DNA of 64,000 nt from an uncultured Candidatus Binatia bacterium (GTDB lineage Bacteria; Desulfobacterota; Binatia; UBA9968; JAJDTQ01): positions 3,616,001 through 3,680,000 of the forward strand of contig OZ251459.1 of NCBI GenBank assembly GCA_965242525.1. Direction: 5' to 3'. Shown in pieces: positions 18,902 to 29,004 of this stretch. Position numbers and translations under genes: made by a program. The notes under the pieces are model-generated. The model worked only from the letters and a program-made list of their open reading frames with translations, ran no database searches and was not told the origin of the DNA. Each line of letters begins with the position of its first letter. Position 1 is the stretch's first letter.

Positions 18902-20173
18902 ATGATGACCGCCGAAGAGAACAGGCTGTTGACCTCCACGGAGCCGGGCTCGGCCTGCGGCGCGCTGCTGCGGCGTTACTGGCAACCGGTGGCGTTGTCC
19001 GAAGAGTTGGCGCCGGGAGGCGCGCCCCTGCCGGTGCGCGTCCTGGGCGAGGACCTGGTGCTCTTCCGCGACCACCGGGGCAGGCCCGGCCTCCTGGGCA
19101 TCCATTGCCGCCACCGAGGCGCCGACCTGAGCTACGGGCGGGTGGAAGACGGCGGGCTGCGGTGCATCTACCACGGCTGGCTCTACGACGTGGACGGCAA
19201 CTGCCTGGACCAGCCCGGCGAGCCCGAAGGCGGAAGGCACAGGGCGTCCCTGCGCCAGCCCGCCTATCCCTGCCAGGAACGGGTGGGCGTGGTCTTCGCC
19301 TATCTTGGCGGCGGCGAGCCGCCGCTGCTGCGCAACTTCGAGTTCCTCGACGCCGCCCCGGACCACGTCTTCGTCAGCAAGATCCACCACGAGTGCAACT
19401 ACCTCCAGGGCAACGAAGGCAACATCGACCCGGTGCACCTGTCGTTCCTGCACCGAAACCTCCGGGACAGCCCCCGTGACAGGACCCGGGTGGTGCGCGG
19501 CGGCGACTCCTCCCCCAACCGCCTGTTCAGCACGGACGTGGCTCCTTCCATCGACGTGGAGCTTACCGACTTTGGGGTGCGGATCTATACCACCCGGCAA
19601 CTCCGGGACCACCGGCAGTACCTGCGCGTCTCCTATTTCGTCATGCCCAACCTGAGCGCGTTTCCGGGCCAGACCGGCGGCGACGGCTATTCCGTCAACT
19701 GGCACGTCCCCATCGACGACACCCACCACTGGAAGTTCGTGTTCGTCTTCAGCCGCAGCAAGCCCATCGGCCGGGAAGCGGCCCTGAGGGACCGCTCGGA
19801 GATGACCGCGGACTACCGCCTGGTCCGGAGCAAGGCCAACCGCTACCTGCAGGACCGGGACTCCATGCGCAACCAGTCCTTCAGCGGCATCGGGTTCAAC
19901 TTCCAGGCCCAGGACCTGTGCGTGACCGAAGGCGAAGGGCCGATCCAGGACCGCACCCAAGAGCACTTGGCCACCTCCGACAAGGCCATCGTGGCCGCGC
20001 GCAAGCGCATCCTGAGCGGCATCCGGGACGTCCAGGACGGCGGCGAAGCCCCCAGCGTCCGGCGCGACCCCGGCTCCAACCGCTTCCCCGAACTGGCGGT
20101 GCTGTCGGAGGTGGTGCCCGCGTCCGTCTCCGTCAAGGAGCACACGAGGAAGAGGGCCGCGGAAACGGCTTGA
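18902..20173 (+). CDS. Rieske non-heme iron oxygenase (phthalate 4,5-dioxygenase/LigX-like)
   Basis: CRH..CIYHGW Rieske ligands; EGNIDPVHLSFLH mononuclear Fe motif. Confidence 0.92.
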   Translation: MMTAEENRLLTSTEPGSACGALLRRYWQPVALSEELAPGGAPLPVRVLGEDLVLFRDHRGRPGLLGIHCRHRGADLSYGRVEDGGLRCIYHGWLYDVDGNCLDQPGEPEGGRHRASLRQPAYPCQERVGVVFAYLGGGEPPLLRNFEFLDAAPDHVFVSKIHHECNYLQGNEGNIDPVHLSFLHRNLRDSPRDRTRVVRGGDSSPNRLFSTDVAPSIDVELTDFGVRIYTTRQLRDHRQYLRVSYFVMPNLSAFPGQTGGDGYSVNWHVPIDDTHHWKFVFVFSRSKPIGREAALRDRSEMTADYRLVRSKANRYLQDRDSMRNQSFSGIGFNFQAQDLCVTEGEGPIQDRTQEHLATSDKAIVAARKRILSGIRDVQDGGEAPSVRRDPGSNRFPELAVLSEVVPASVSVKEHTRKRAAETA

Positions 20174-20251
20174 ACGGTCCGCGGCTCTTTCGAGTTCCGT
20201 GCGGGCCGGGTTTCCCGGCATGTCGGCACGAGGTTTGCTTCTCGTAAGGTT

Positions 20252-21703
20252 ATGAGTTCACCGGCTACACGCAAATCGCTTGGTTCGTTCTATACACCGC
20301 CGGAGGTCGCGGATCGGCTCGTGCGGTGGGTCGTTCGGTCTCCGTCCGACCGTCTGCTGGATCCGGCCTGTGGCGACGGTCGATTTCTGGCGGCTCATTC
20401 CAACGTGGTCGGAGTAGATCGGGACGGTTCCGCGGTGGCCGCGGCAGCCGGACATGTACCGCACGCAACCGTCCACGCCGTCGATTTCTTCGATTGGGCG
20501 GATACTACCGAAGACCGCTTCGATTGCGTCGCCGGGAACCCTCCCTTCATCCGCTATCAGAGATTCAACGGTTACGTGCGCAAGACGGCCTTGAAACTCT
20601 GCGAACGGCTCGGCGCGAGGCTGACGGGACTGGCCTCCTCCTGGGCGCCGTTCGTTATCGTTGCCGCATCCCTGCTCAAGCGCGGCGGACGCTTGGCGTT
20701 CGTCGTTCCCGCGGAGATCGGCCATGCTCCTTACGCCCGGCCGGTGGTCCGATTCCTGCTCGACCATTTCTCCGATGTCCACGTGGTTGCGGTCAGAGAG
20801 AAGGTCTTCCCGGACCTGTCGGAAGCCGTCTGGCTCCTGTACGCAAGCGGCTTCGGCAAACCGTCGGATGGCGTCAACCTGTCTTCATACCGCTCTTTCC
20901 GTGACGTGCCGGGATCACCGCCCCGCGGCGAACGAATCAGCAGAACGGAACTGGAAACGTGGAACCACCGGCTCAGGCCCTTCCTTCTCTCCCGGACGAC
21001 ACGCGACTTGTACTCCCGCGTCGGCCGTATGGCCCGGCTCGGCGATTGCGCACGCGTCGGCATCGGTTATGTGACCGGAGCCAACGACTTCTTTCACATC
21101 AGTCCTTCCAAGGCTCGGCGGCTGAACCTTCCGGGAGAGTTCCTTACGCCTTCGTTGAGGCGATCCGCGTTCTTGCCGCGGAAGGCCGTGACGCACAGCA
21201 CCGTACAGAATTGGCTGGACCGGGACGCGCCGGTGCTGTTGCTCAACATCCCGGCGGAGGCGCGTCTTCCGACGGAAGTCCGCCATTATCTCGACTCTTC
21301 AGCGGGACAGAAAGCAAGGACTGCCTACAAGTGCCGCATGCGTTCGCCCTGGTACACCGTACCGGACGTCCGTGCGCCTGACGCCTTCCTTGGCTACATG
21401 AGCGGCCTGAGCCCTGCCCTCGTGGCAAACCACGCCAACTGTGTCTGCACCAATTCCGTTCACGCGGTCCATCTGACAGGCGGCGTATCGACGCCCGAGT
21501 TGGTGCAGCGGTGGTCGCACCCGCTGGTTGCCCTGAGCTGTGAAATCGAGGGGCATCCGCTCGGCGGAGGCATGCTCAAGCTGGAACCGAGGGAAGCGGC
21601 CCGCGTCGTTCTCCCGGCCCCGGACTTGCGGATGTCGAAGAACGATCGAGAGGCGGTTGAGGAAGGCATCGGCGCGCTTCGGAGGTGGCGGCTCCATGCA
21701 TGA
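20252..21703 (+). CDS. Type II N6-adenine DNA methyltransferase (gamma class)
   Basis: GSFYTP, LLDPACGDGRF, GNPPF, C-terminal GGGMLKLEP. Confidence 0.9.
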   Translation: MSSPATRKSLGSFYTPPEVADRLVRWVVRSPSDRLLDPACGDGRFLAAHSNVVGVDRDGSAVAAAAGHVPHATVHAVDFFDWADTTEDRFDCVAGNPPFIRYQRFNGYVRKTALKLCERLGARLTGLASSWAPFVIVAASLLKRGGRLAFVVPAEIGHAPYARPVVRFLLDHFSDVHVVAVREKVFPDLSEAVWLLYASGFGKPSDGVNLSSYRSFRDVPGSPPRGERISRTELETWNHRLRPFLLSRTTRDLYSRVGRMARLGDCARVGIGYVTGANDFFHISPSKARRLNLPGEFLTPSLRRSAFLPRKAVTHSTVQNWLDRDAPVLLLNIPAEARLPTEVRHYLDSSAGQKARTAYKCRMRSPWYTVPDVRAPDAFLGYMSGLSPALVANHANCVCTNSVHAVHLTGGVSTPELVQRWSHPLVALSCEIEGHPLGGGMLKLEPREAARVVLPAPDLRMSKNDREAVEEGIGALRRWRLHA

Positions 21704-22544
21704 TCGGCTCGTGGGTCTCCGTGATGCGCTTTGCAACTTCATCGACGCCCGGGAAACGCAAAGTCAATCCCATATCAGGCTGTTGCACTGGCACATCGCC
21801 GAACGGCTTGTGATCGAAGGCGGCTTCCATCCCGACTCTGTTGTGCCGCGTCCTCCGTTGAGAGTAGAAACCATACGGAGTGGAACGAGGCCAAGGCATC
21901 GGCTGGTCCATGACCCGGACGCGGCAGTTGATGGAGAGATGACGATCCTTGGCGGGCTCAAGACCAAGAACGTGGACATCGTTACAGTACAGCCTGGGGT
22001 GGGTCCCTGTATCGCGGTGTCGGTCAAGGGTACGCTCAACGCGTTCCGCAACCTGACCAACCGGATGGAGGAAGCCGCAGGCGACTGCACCAACATCCAC
22101 ATCTCATATCCGAATCTCGTTTACGGATTTTTCCACGTCATCAAGGCCGGACGAGAACCCGATGTTGACAGAAAGAACGACATGGCCATCGACGCCGACG
22201 GTGGTATCGTTGACAGTATCACGCGGTACCACGACGCGATGGCGCGTCTCACCGGCCGCAAGGACGTGCGCAACGACGTCAGCCGTTACGAAGCCGTCAG
22301 CCTGTCGCTGGTCAGCACCGAGGGATCTGCGCGAGGAACCGTCCTCCCGACGTTCCCGGCGAACGACAGTCCCATCCGTTTCGACCAGTTCTTCCGGACG
22401 ATCTTCGACTCTTACGATCTCCGATACGTCTATGCAGCGCCGGCGCTACGGAAAACGACGGAAAGGCTGCTCTGGGCGCCGGACTCGCCTGCCCTCGATG
22501 TGGACGGCGCTTCCGAATTCGGGCCTCGGGTCGGCGAAGGGTAG
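21696..22544 (+). CDS. Putative type II restriction endonuclease, PD-(D/E)XK, PaeR7I/XhoI-like
   Basis: Overlaps the MTase stop; KNVDIV..IAVSVKG..FRNLTNRMEEAAGD resembles the K.D..EFKS..NNRxEEAxG pattern. Confidence 0.65.
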   Translation: MHDRLVGLRDALCNFIDARETQSQSHIRLLHWHIAERLVIEGGFHPDSVVPRPPLRVETIRSGTRPRHRLVHDPDAAVDGEMTILGGLKTKNVDIVTVQPGVGPCIAVSVKGTLNAFRNLTNRMEEAAGDCTNIHISYPNLVYGFFHVIKAGREPDVDRKNDMAIDADGGIVDSITRYHDAMARLTGRKDVRNDVSRYEAVSLSLVSTEGSARGTVLPTFPANDSPIRFDQFFRTIFDSYDLRYVYAAPALRKTTERLLWAPDSPALDVDGASEFGPRVGEG

Positions 22545-22579
22545 CCGCCGCCCCGGGGATCCGAACTCCGCGAGCCTTC

Positions 22580-23839
22580 TCAGGACCGGCCTCCGGCCTT
22601 GCGGGCCGCGGCGGTCAGGAGGGCGTCCAGTTCGTCCAGGCAGGGGCTGTGGGCGCCGGTGTTCATGTAGCGGACGGCGCCGGGCTGGTAGTCCGTCATG
22701 CTGCCGCGGTCTTCCATGGAGAGCCGGATGCATTGGTTGTGTTGGGGGTCGCGGAACGTGTTCATGGGGTCGCCGCCGTTCCGCACCACCTCGATCTGTT
22801 CCTTCAGGAGTTCCCGGAACATGAGGATGCCCCGGTCCGACGACGCCAGCCGTTCCGCGGTGCGGTCCACGCATTCCCCCTGGGACGCCCACACCATCAG
22901 GTCCTGGCCCAGCACGAAATCGGGCATGTCTTCGATGGGGACCTCGAAGGCGGGCACCGGGTCCTGCCGGGGCGCCGCGGCGTCCGGCCCCGGGAAGAAG
23001 ACCTGGTAGCCCAGGTGCCAGGTGTGGGTGTCGTCCACGGGGACGCGCATCTGGAACTCGGCGTATCCGAGTTGCCCGATGCGCACGTAGTTGGGGAACA
23101 CCAGCGGGTGGCCCACCCGCCAACCCTCGGCGTCTTCCGGTTCTCCTTCCAGCAGCCGGTATTTCTGGATGCCCACCGGGACCCGCTCGAAATCGATCTT
23201 CAGGTGGCGGCGGCCCACCCGCCTGAACCGCTGGACCTGCCGCTGGTCCGTGCTCCCGAGCCGTTCCAGCACGTAGGCGCCGAACCGTCCGTGCAGGTGC
23301 TCGGTGTGGATGGTGTCCACCGAGTTCTCCTGGCACTGGAGCCAGTTGCAGGGGAGCATGGTCGTGCCGACCTGCCGGAAGACGCCGTCCAGGACGAAGA
23401 GGTCCCAGCGAGGCAGCAGCGGCTCGGGCCGGGGGCCGAGGTAGCCCCAGATCAACCCTCCCAACTCCTGCACGGGGTAGGACTCGATCCGCACGGTCTC
23501 CTTGAACTGGTGCTCGGGGGCCTCCCCCGGCTGCTCGATACATCGCCCCGCAGTGTCGTACATCCACCCGTGGTAGGGGCAGCGCAAGCCCTCGGGCTCC
23601 GGGATGCCGTGCTTCAGATCCACGCCCCGGTGGGCGCACCGCCGGGCGACCAGGCCGAGACGGCCCCGGCGGTCCCGGAAGAGCGTCAGCGATTCCCCTA
23701 GGAGCCGGACGCCCTTCACCGGGTTTGCGGCAAGCTCCGCGCTGGTGGCCACCGGGTGCCAGTAGCGCCGCAGCAACTCCCCCGCAGGGGTCCCCGGCCC
23801 CACCCGCGTGAGCCTCTCGTTCTCTTCGGCGCTCAGCAT
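22580..23839 (-). CDS. Rieske non-heme iron oxygenase (paralog 2)
   Basis: CAH..CPYHGW; ENSVDTIHTEHLH. Confidence 0.92.
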   Translation of the reverse strand: MLSAEENERLTRVGPGTPAGELLRRYWHPVATSAELAANPVKGVRLLGESLTLFRDRRGRLGLVARRCAHRGVDLKHGIPEPEGLRCPYHGWMYDTAGRCIEQPGEAPEHQFKETVRIESYPVQELGGLIWGYLGPRPEPLLPRWDLFVLDGVFRQVGTTMLPCNWLQCQENSVDTIHTEHLHGRFGAYVLERLGSTDQRQVQRFRRVGRRHLKIDFERVPVGIQKYRLLEGEPEDAEGWRVGHPLVFPNYVRIGQLGYAEFQMRVPVDDTHTWHLGYQVFFPGPDAAAPRQDPVPAFEVPIEDMPDFVLGQDLMVWASQGECVDRTAERLASSDRGILMFRELLKEQIEVVRNGGDPMNTFRDPQHNQCIRLSMEDRGSMTDYQPGAVRYMNTGAHSPCLDELDALLTAAARKAGGRS

Positions 23840-23964
23840 GACTGCGTGACCTTCCGCCGGGCGCCGCGCCCGACGGGTTGCTTCCTCCCGTCCATGATCA
23901 CGATTCCAGCATACCGGGACGGTTCCGTTGGCGTCGGCGCACGATCCGGCGACGAGGACATCAG

Positions 23965-24497
23965 GGAACGTCCGATCTATTCCGGCCGGAGTTTCCTCTC
24001 CCTGTGGGAAAGCGCGTCCTTCGACTTCGCTTCGCTACGCTCAGGACGAACGGAGTTCGTCGTTCAAGCTCTTTCGGCTTTTGTGTGGGCAAGGTGGGAG
24101 GGAAAGGGGATCGACAGGGGTCACGCCGTCATTGCTCCGCAGACGCCTGCCCCGTCATTCCCGCAGACGCCCCACCCCCCGTCATTCCCGCGAAAGCGGG
24201 AATCCATCCAGTTTCACCGCTCTCGTTGTACAACCCTTTCCAGCTCGGATCACCTTTCTCGATCCACTCGGTCTTCCTTGCCCGATTCCTGTTTCCTGAC
24301 CGCCCCTTCTCTCTGGATAGCGCTTTCCATGTATTCAGAACCTCGTTCCAACCAACCTGTGCACAGTGATGCAGGGCGCCATGAGGTTGGGTCGGAAGGA
24401 TGGAAACGCCGGGAGTTTTCATAAGAACGGATGGATTCCCGCTTTCGCGGGAATGACGGGGGCGGGCGTCTGCGGGAATGACGGGGTGGGGCGTCCG
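23965..24497. mobile_element. Nested repeats: family B MITE abutting a family C element with GIY-YIG remnant
   Basis: GGAACGTCCGATC end at 23965; REP pair at about 24180-24205 and 24433-24458 enclosing RARKTEWIEKGDPSWKGLYNE on the minus strand. Confidence 0.7.
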
Positions 24498-24591
24498 CGA
24501 CGCCAAACCGAGGACAGCTTTCTGTATCTCGGTGTTGCTGAGGATCACGGCAGCAGTATAGGCGTTTGGAAGAGCAAGCTCCAAGAACCCG

Positions 24592-24852
24592 TCACAGTTC
24601 GACGATGTTTGCCGCAGGCACGCTCACGAACCTTGACGACACCTCCAGGGGGTAGCCGGGCAAGCGGACCAGAAAAATATCCTGAGTTCTATCGATGATA
24701 TTGACCAACAGCAGGTTTCTGTCTTTCGAAAGGAAATCGTCCGAAGTGAACAAGGAAATCCTCTTTCCATCCGAGGTCATGGTTTCCACTGCGTACTCGG
24801 CCGGAAACATACCAGCCTCAAAAGTACACTTGAGCCCGACTGCGCCTTTCAT
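24592..24852 (-). CDS. Small hypothetical protein (86 aa), lower GC
   Basis: GGAGGA RBS before ATG 24852; MKGAVGLKCTFEAGMFPAEYAV... Confidence 0.65.
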   Translation of the reverse strand: MKGAVGLKCTFEAGMFPAEYAVETMTSDGKRISLFTSDDFLSKDRNLLLVNIIDRTQDIFLVRLPGYPLEVSSRFVSVPAANIVEL

Positions 24853-25104
24853 GTTTCCTCCTGCGTTTGAAGCCACCCGCAAGACGGCGGGGCCGACGAA
24901 ACCTGGACTGTAGTACATTCACTTGCCCCGGAAAGTCAAGAACCGGGCCGATCCCGAGAACCGGCACCCGGTCCTGGCGGTGTCACGCTTCCGACGGACG
25001 GCCAGGGCCGCCCATTAGCGGTTGACAAGCGGAAACGGCCCCACTACTACAACGTCTTGGCGTCCCTTCCTCGGGACGAGAGGCAGCCGGAACGTCAGGA
25101 GGCC

Positions 25105-26145
25105 ATGAGACCCCACCGGGAAAAGATCGACCTGGGACCTACTCCCTATGACCGGTTCGTGGAGGGGGAGGGGATCCCCGTGGTCACGGGATACCACGTC
25201 CCCGACGTCATGGACCTGGAGGTGGCGCCCTGGGCGCGCATGGGGGCGCGCGGGTGTTACCTGAACCTGGCCGAACAGCAGGACACGGACGGCTACGTGC
25301 TGGAGATCGCGCCGGGCCGGGAGGCCCTGCCGCAGCGGCACCTGTTCGAGGCCATCGTCTATGTGGCCCAGGGCCACGGGGCCACGTCCGTGTGGCAGGA
25401 AGGGACGCCGAGGAAGACCTTCGAGTGGAGCGCCGGGGCCGCCTTCGCCATCCCCCTGAACGCCTCCTACCAGCACTTCAACGCATCCGGCGCCGAACCC
25501 GTGCGCCTGATGGCTTCCACCACGTGCCCGCGCCTGCTCAACCTGTTCCACAACGAGGACTTCCTCTTCCGCAACCCGTTCGTGTTCCGGGACCGGCTCC
25601 GGGACGAGGACGACTACTTCCGGGCCAACAAGCGGCTCGCCACCCGCTGCTGGGAGACCAACCTGATCCCCGACGTGAACGAGTTCGCACTGGACGACTT
25701 CCCCATGAAGGGCAAAGGCGTGCGCATCATGCGCTTCACGCTGGCGGACACCACCTACGGCTGCCACATCCAGGAGTTCCCGGTGGGGAGCCGCAGCCAC
25801 TTCCACCGGCACGGACCCGGCGCGGTCCTGATCGTCACCGAGGGCCAAGGCTACGTGGTGCTGTGGCGCGAAGGCGACGCGGAACAGGGGGTTTACGAGA
25901 TCGGCCCGGGGACCATCTATTCGCCGGGGGACCTCATGTACCACGGGCACTTCAACACCGGCCACACCGCCATGCGCCACTTCGCCATACGCGGGCGCAG
26001 CCCCAAGTACACCAGCGACCGCTTCCCGAACCCCCTGTGGAACATGCTGATGATCGACGAGGAGCCCGCGGGGATCCACGACCGCTACCTGCGGGACCTC
26101 GAACGCAACAGGGTCCGGGCGGAGGTGTCGGTGGTGCGCGAGTGA
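25105..26145 (+). CDS. Bicupin protein (gentisate dioxygenase-like architecture)
   Basis: QRHLFEAIVYV..GHG, YQHFN, HRHGPGA, YHGHFN cupin motifs. Confidence 0.8.
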   Translation: MRPHREKIDLGPTPYDRFVEGEGIPVVTGYHVPDVMDLEVAPWARMGARGCYLNLAEQQDTDGYVLEIAPGREALPQRHLFEAIVYVAQGHGATSVWQEGTPRKTFEWSAGAAFAIPLNASYQHFNASGAEPVRLMASTTCPRLLNLFHNEDFLFRNPFVFRDRLRDEDDYFRANKRLATRCWETNLIPDVNEFALDDFPMKGKGVRIMRFTLADTTYGCHIQEFPVGSRSHFHRHGPGAVLIVTEGQGYVVLWREGDAEQGVYEIGPGTIYSPGDLMYHGHFNTGHTAMRHFAIRGRSPKYTSDRFPNPLWNMLMIDEEPAGIHDRYLRDLERNRVRAEVSVVRE

Positions 26146-26184
26146 AGCCGCGGGGGCGCGGCGCCCCCGGGAAAGGACACTCCA

Positions 26185-27642
26185 TTGGAAAACCCGGCGT
26201 ATGACGACCTGCGCGGCTTCATCGAGGAGGCCAAGAAGGTCAGCGAATGGCGCGAGGTGAAGGGCGCGGACTGGGACCGGGAGATCGGCGCCATCGTCGA
26301 GGCCGCGGCGGAGCTCATCCCCCAGGCCCCCATGCTCATCTTCGACCACATCAAGGGTTATCCCGCGGGTTACCGGCTCCTGAGCCTGCCCTATGCGTCG
26401 TACAAGCGCGTGGCCGTGGCCCTGGGGCTGCCCACGGACCTGCCGAAGCTGGAACTGTTGCGGCTCGCCGCCCGCAAGGTGAAGGCGGCCAAACCGCTGG
26501 CCCCCAGGGAAGTGGATTCGTCGCCGGTGATGGAGAACGTGTCCACGGGCGACGAAGTGGATCTGTTCCGCTTCCCCGCGCCGCGTTTCCACGAGCACGA
26601 CGGCGGCCGCTACCTGGGCACCGCGGACAGCCTGGTGAACGCGGACCCCGACAGCGGCTACGTCAACTCCGGGACCTACCGCATGCAGCTCCACGACCGT
26701 AACCTCCTGGGGCTGTGGATGAGCCCGGGGCAGCAGGGACGCCTGATCTGCATGCGCTACTGGGAGCAGGGCAAGAGTTGCCCCGCGGTGGCCACGTTCG
26801 GCCAGAACCCCCTGGTGTTCATGACCTCCTACTCCAAACTGCCCTGGGGGCGGTCCGAGCACGAGATGGTGGGGGGACTCATGGGCCGGCCCATGGAGTT
26901 CGTCCGCGGTCCGGTGACGGGGCTGCCCATCCCCGCCAGCGCCGAGATCGCCATCGAGGGCGAGATCCCGCCGCCCGCGGAGGAAGCCCGCGAGGAAGGC
27001 CCCTTCGGCGAGTGGCCGGGCTACTACTCCGGCGGCACCATCGGCACCGGCGCGCCCCAGCCGGTGATCCGGGTGAAGGCCCTGTACCACCGCAACGACC
27101 CCATCCTGGAGGACGCCGCGCCCATGTGGCCGGGGGCCGTCAAGATGGACCTGCACCTGTCCTCGGGGGTGCTCTGGGACCAGCTCGAGGCCGCGGGCAT
27201 CCAGGACATCACCGGCGTGTACAGCCACACTTCCTTCATGGTGGTCATCGCCATCCGGCAGCGGTACGCCGGGCACGCCAAGCAGGCCGGCATGGCCGCG
27301 CTGAGCTGCTCCGCGGCGGCGCGCAACGGCCGCTACGTGGTGGTGGTGGACGACGACATCGACCCCAGCAACCTGAAGGAAGTCATCTGGGCCATGATGA
27401 CGCGAGTCGATCCCAAGACCAACATCGACCTGGTGGACCACTGCTGGAGCACCCCGCTGGACCCGCGCATGCCCCCGGACCGGCGCGAGTCCGGCGACCA
27501 CACCAACAGCCGGGCGCTGGTCTGCGCGGTGCGGCCCTTCGAGTGGCGCGACCGGTTCCCGCGGGTGAGCCGGTCGAGCCGGGAGCTGCGGGAGCAGGTC
27601 ATGCGGAAGTTCCGGGACGTCATCCCGTTCCCGGGGGCCTGA
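26185..27642 (+). CDS. UbiD-family (prFMN-dependent) decarboxylase
   Basis: DLRGFI, HEHDGGRY, NSGTYRMQ, EGPFGEWPGYY, VVVDDDID. Confidence 0.92.
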   Translation: MENPAYDDLRGFIEEAKKVSEWREVKGADWDREIGAIVEAAAELIPQAPMLIFDHIKGYPAGYRLLSLPYASYKRVAVALGLPTDLPKLELLRLAARKVKAAKPLAPREVDSSPVMENVSTGDEVDLFRFPAPRFHEHDGGRYLGTADSLVNADPDSGYVNSGTYRMQLHDRNLLGLWMSPGQQGRLICMRYWEQGKSCPAVATFGQNPLVFMTSYSKLPWGRSEHEMVGGLMGRPMEFVRGPVTGLPIPASAEIAIEGEIPPPAEEAREEGPFGEWPGYYSGGTIGTGAPQPVIRVKALYHRNDPILEDAAPMWPGAVKMDLHLSSGVLWDQLEAAGIQDITGVYSHTSFMVVIAIRQRYAGHAKQAGMAALSCSAAARNGRYVVVVDDDIDPSNLKEVIWAMMTRVDPKTNIDLVDHCWSTPLDPRMPPDRRESGDHTNSRALVCAVRPFEWRDRFPRVSRSSRELREQVMRKFRDVIPFPGA

Positions 27643-27650
27643 GGAGCGGC

Positions 27651-28835
27651 ATGCCGCGGGTCTTGCGCATGGGCATGGCGGGGCTGGGAGTGGCGAGCAC
27701 CCAGATCCTTCCGGTGCTGCGGCAGGTGGAGCACATCGAGATCGCCGCGGCCGCAGACGTGCGCAAGGACGCCCTGGCCAAGTTCGCCCGGGAGTACGGC
27801 GCCGCGACCTTCGACGACGTGGACGCCCTGTGCGCCAGCCCCGACGTGGACTTCGTGTATGTGGCCACGCCCAACGAGCTCCACGCCGAACACGTCATCG
27901 CCGCGGCCCGCCACCGAAAGCACGCCATCGTGGAGAAGCCCATGGCCCTGTCCCTCGATCAGTGCGAGGCCATGAACCGGGCCGCGGAAGAGAACGGCAC
28001 AGTCCTCCTCTGCGGGCACACCCACAGCTTCGACCCCCCCATCCGCAAGATCCGGGAGATCGTCGAGAGCGGCGAGCTGGGCAGGCTCCGCATGCTCCAC
28101 TCGTGGAACTTCAACGAGTTCATTTACCGTCCGCGCATGAGGCACGAGCTGGCCACCAGCCACGGCGTGGTGCTCAACCAGGGGCCGCACCACGTGGACA
28201 TCGTCCGGCTCATCGGCGGCGGCATGCTGCGGAGCGTGCGCGCCGCCACCGGGGTGTGGGACCCCGAGCGGCCCCACGAAGGCAGCTACGTGTGCTACCT
28301 GGAGTTCGAGGACGGGGTCCCGGCGACCCTGGTCTATAACGGCTACGGGTTCTTCGACACCGCGGAGCTCTTCGACTGGGTGGGCGAAGGCGGGCAGCCG
28401 CGGGACCCCGGGCACAACCTGAAGGCCCGGCGGCGGCTCGGGAGCATCGGCAGCGCTTCCGAGGAGGAGCAGCTCAAGGAAGGGATGCGCTACGGGAGCA
28501 GCCGCGCGGGGGAGTTCAGCCACGTGTGGGACGGCCCCCGGCGCCAGCCCTTCTTCGGCTTCACCCTGGTGTCCTGCGAGCGGGGCGACATCCGCCAGTC
28601 CCCCGACGGCCTCGTGGTTTACGGCGAGGACGGACGCCGGGAGATCGACCTGTCGGTGGGGCGCCGGGGGCGCGAGGCCGAGGTGGAGGAGCTCTACGAG
28701 GCGGTGGTCCACCGGCGGCCGGTGTTCCACGACGGGCGCTGGGGGGAAGCCACGCTGGAGGTGTGCCTCGCCATGCTCCAGTCTTCCGCGGAGAAGCGCG
28801 AGGTGTTGCTGCGCCGGCAGGTGCGCTGCGATTGA
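27651..28835 (+). CDS. Gfo/Idh/MocA oxidoreductase (cis-dihydrodiol dehydrogenase-like)
   Basis: GMAGLG, YVATPNELH, VEKPMA, QGPHHVDIVR. Confidence 0.88.
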   Translation: MPRVLRMGMAGLGVASTQILPVLRQVEHIEIAAAADVRKDALAKFAREYGAATFDDVDALCASPDVDFVYVATPNELHAEHVIAAARHRKHAIVEKPMALSLDQCEAMNRAAEENGTVLLCGHTHSFDPPIRKIREIVESGELGRLRMLHSWNFNEFIYRPRMRHELATSHGVVLNQGPHHVDIVRLIGGGMLRSVRAATGVWDPERPHEGSYVCYLEFEDGVPATLVYNGYGFFDTAELFDWVGEGGQPRDPGHNLKARRRLGSIGSASEEEQLKEGMRYGSSRAGEFSHVWDGPRRQPFFGFTLVSCERGDIRQSPDGLVVYGEDGRREIDLSVGRRGREAEVEELYEAVVHRRPVFHDGRWGEATLEVCLAMLQSSAEKREVLLRRQVRCD

Positions 28836-28861
28836 AGGCCGGAGTTCGCATCGAGGGAAAG

Positions 28862-28966
28862 GGCGTCCTTCGACTTCGCTTCGCTACGCTCAGGACGAAC
28901 GGAGTAATTGTTCAGGCTCGGGACGAACGGGGGTAATTTTTCAGAGTTTCTTGTTCAGGGTTTCCG
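28862..28966. repeat. Family B MITE core plus right end
   Basis: GTCCTTCGACTTCGCTTCGCTACGCTCAGGACGAACGG followed by TTCAGGGTTTCC. Confidence 0.7.
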
Positions 28967-29004
28967 AAACCCGGAACAGGGGGAACGAACCGAAGGAGGA
29001 TGCA

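Noticed and set aside
23756-24424. ORFs containing [20 protein letters not shown] or [12 protein letters not shown] peptides
   Set aside because: These are translations of the repeat elements, not genes.
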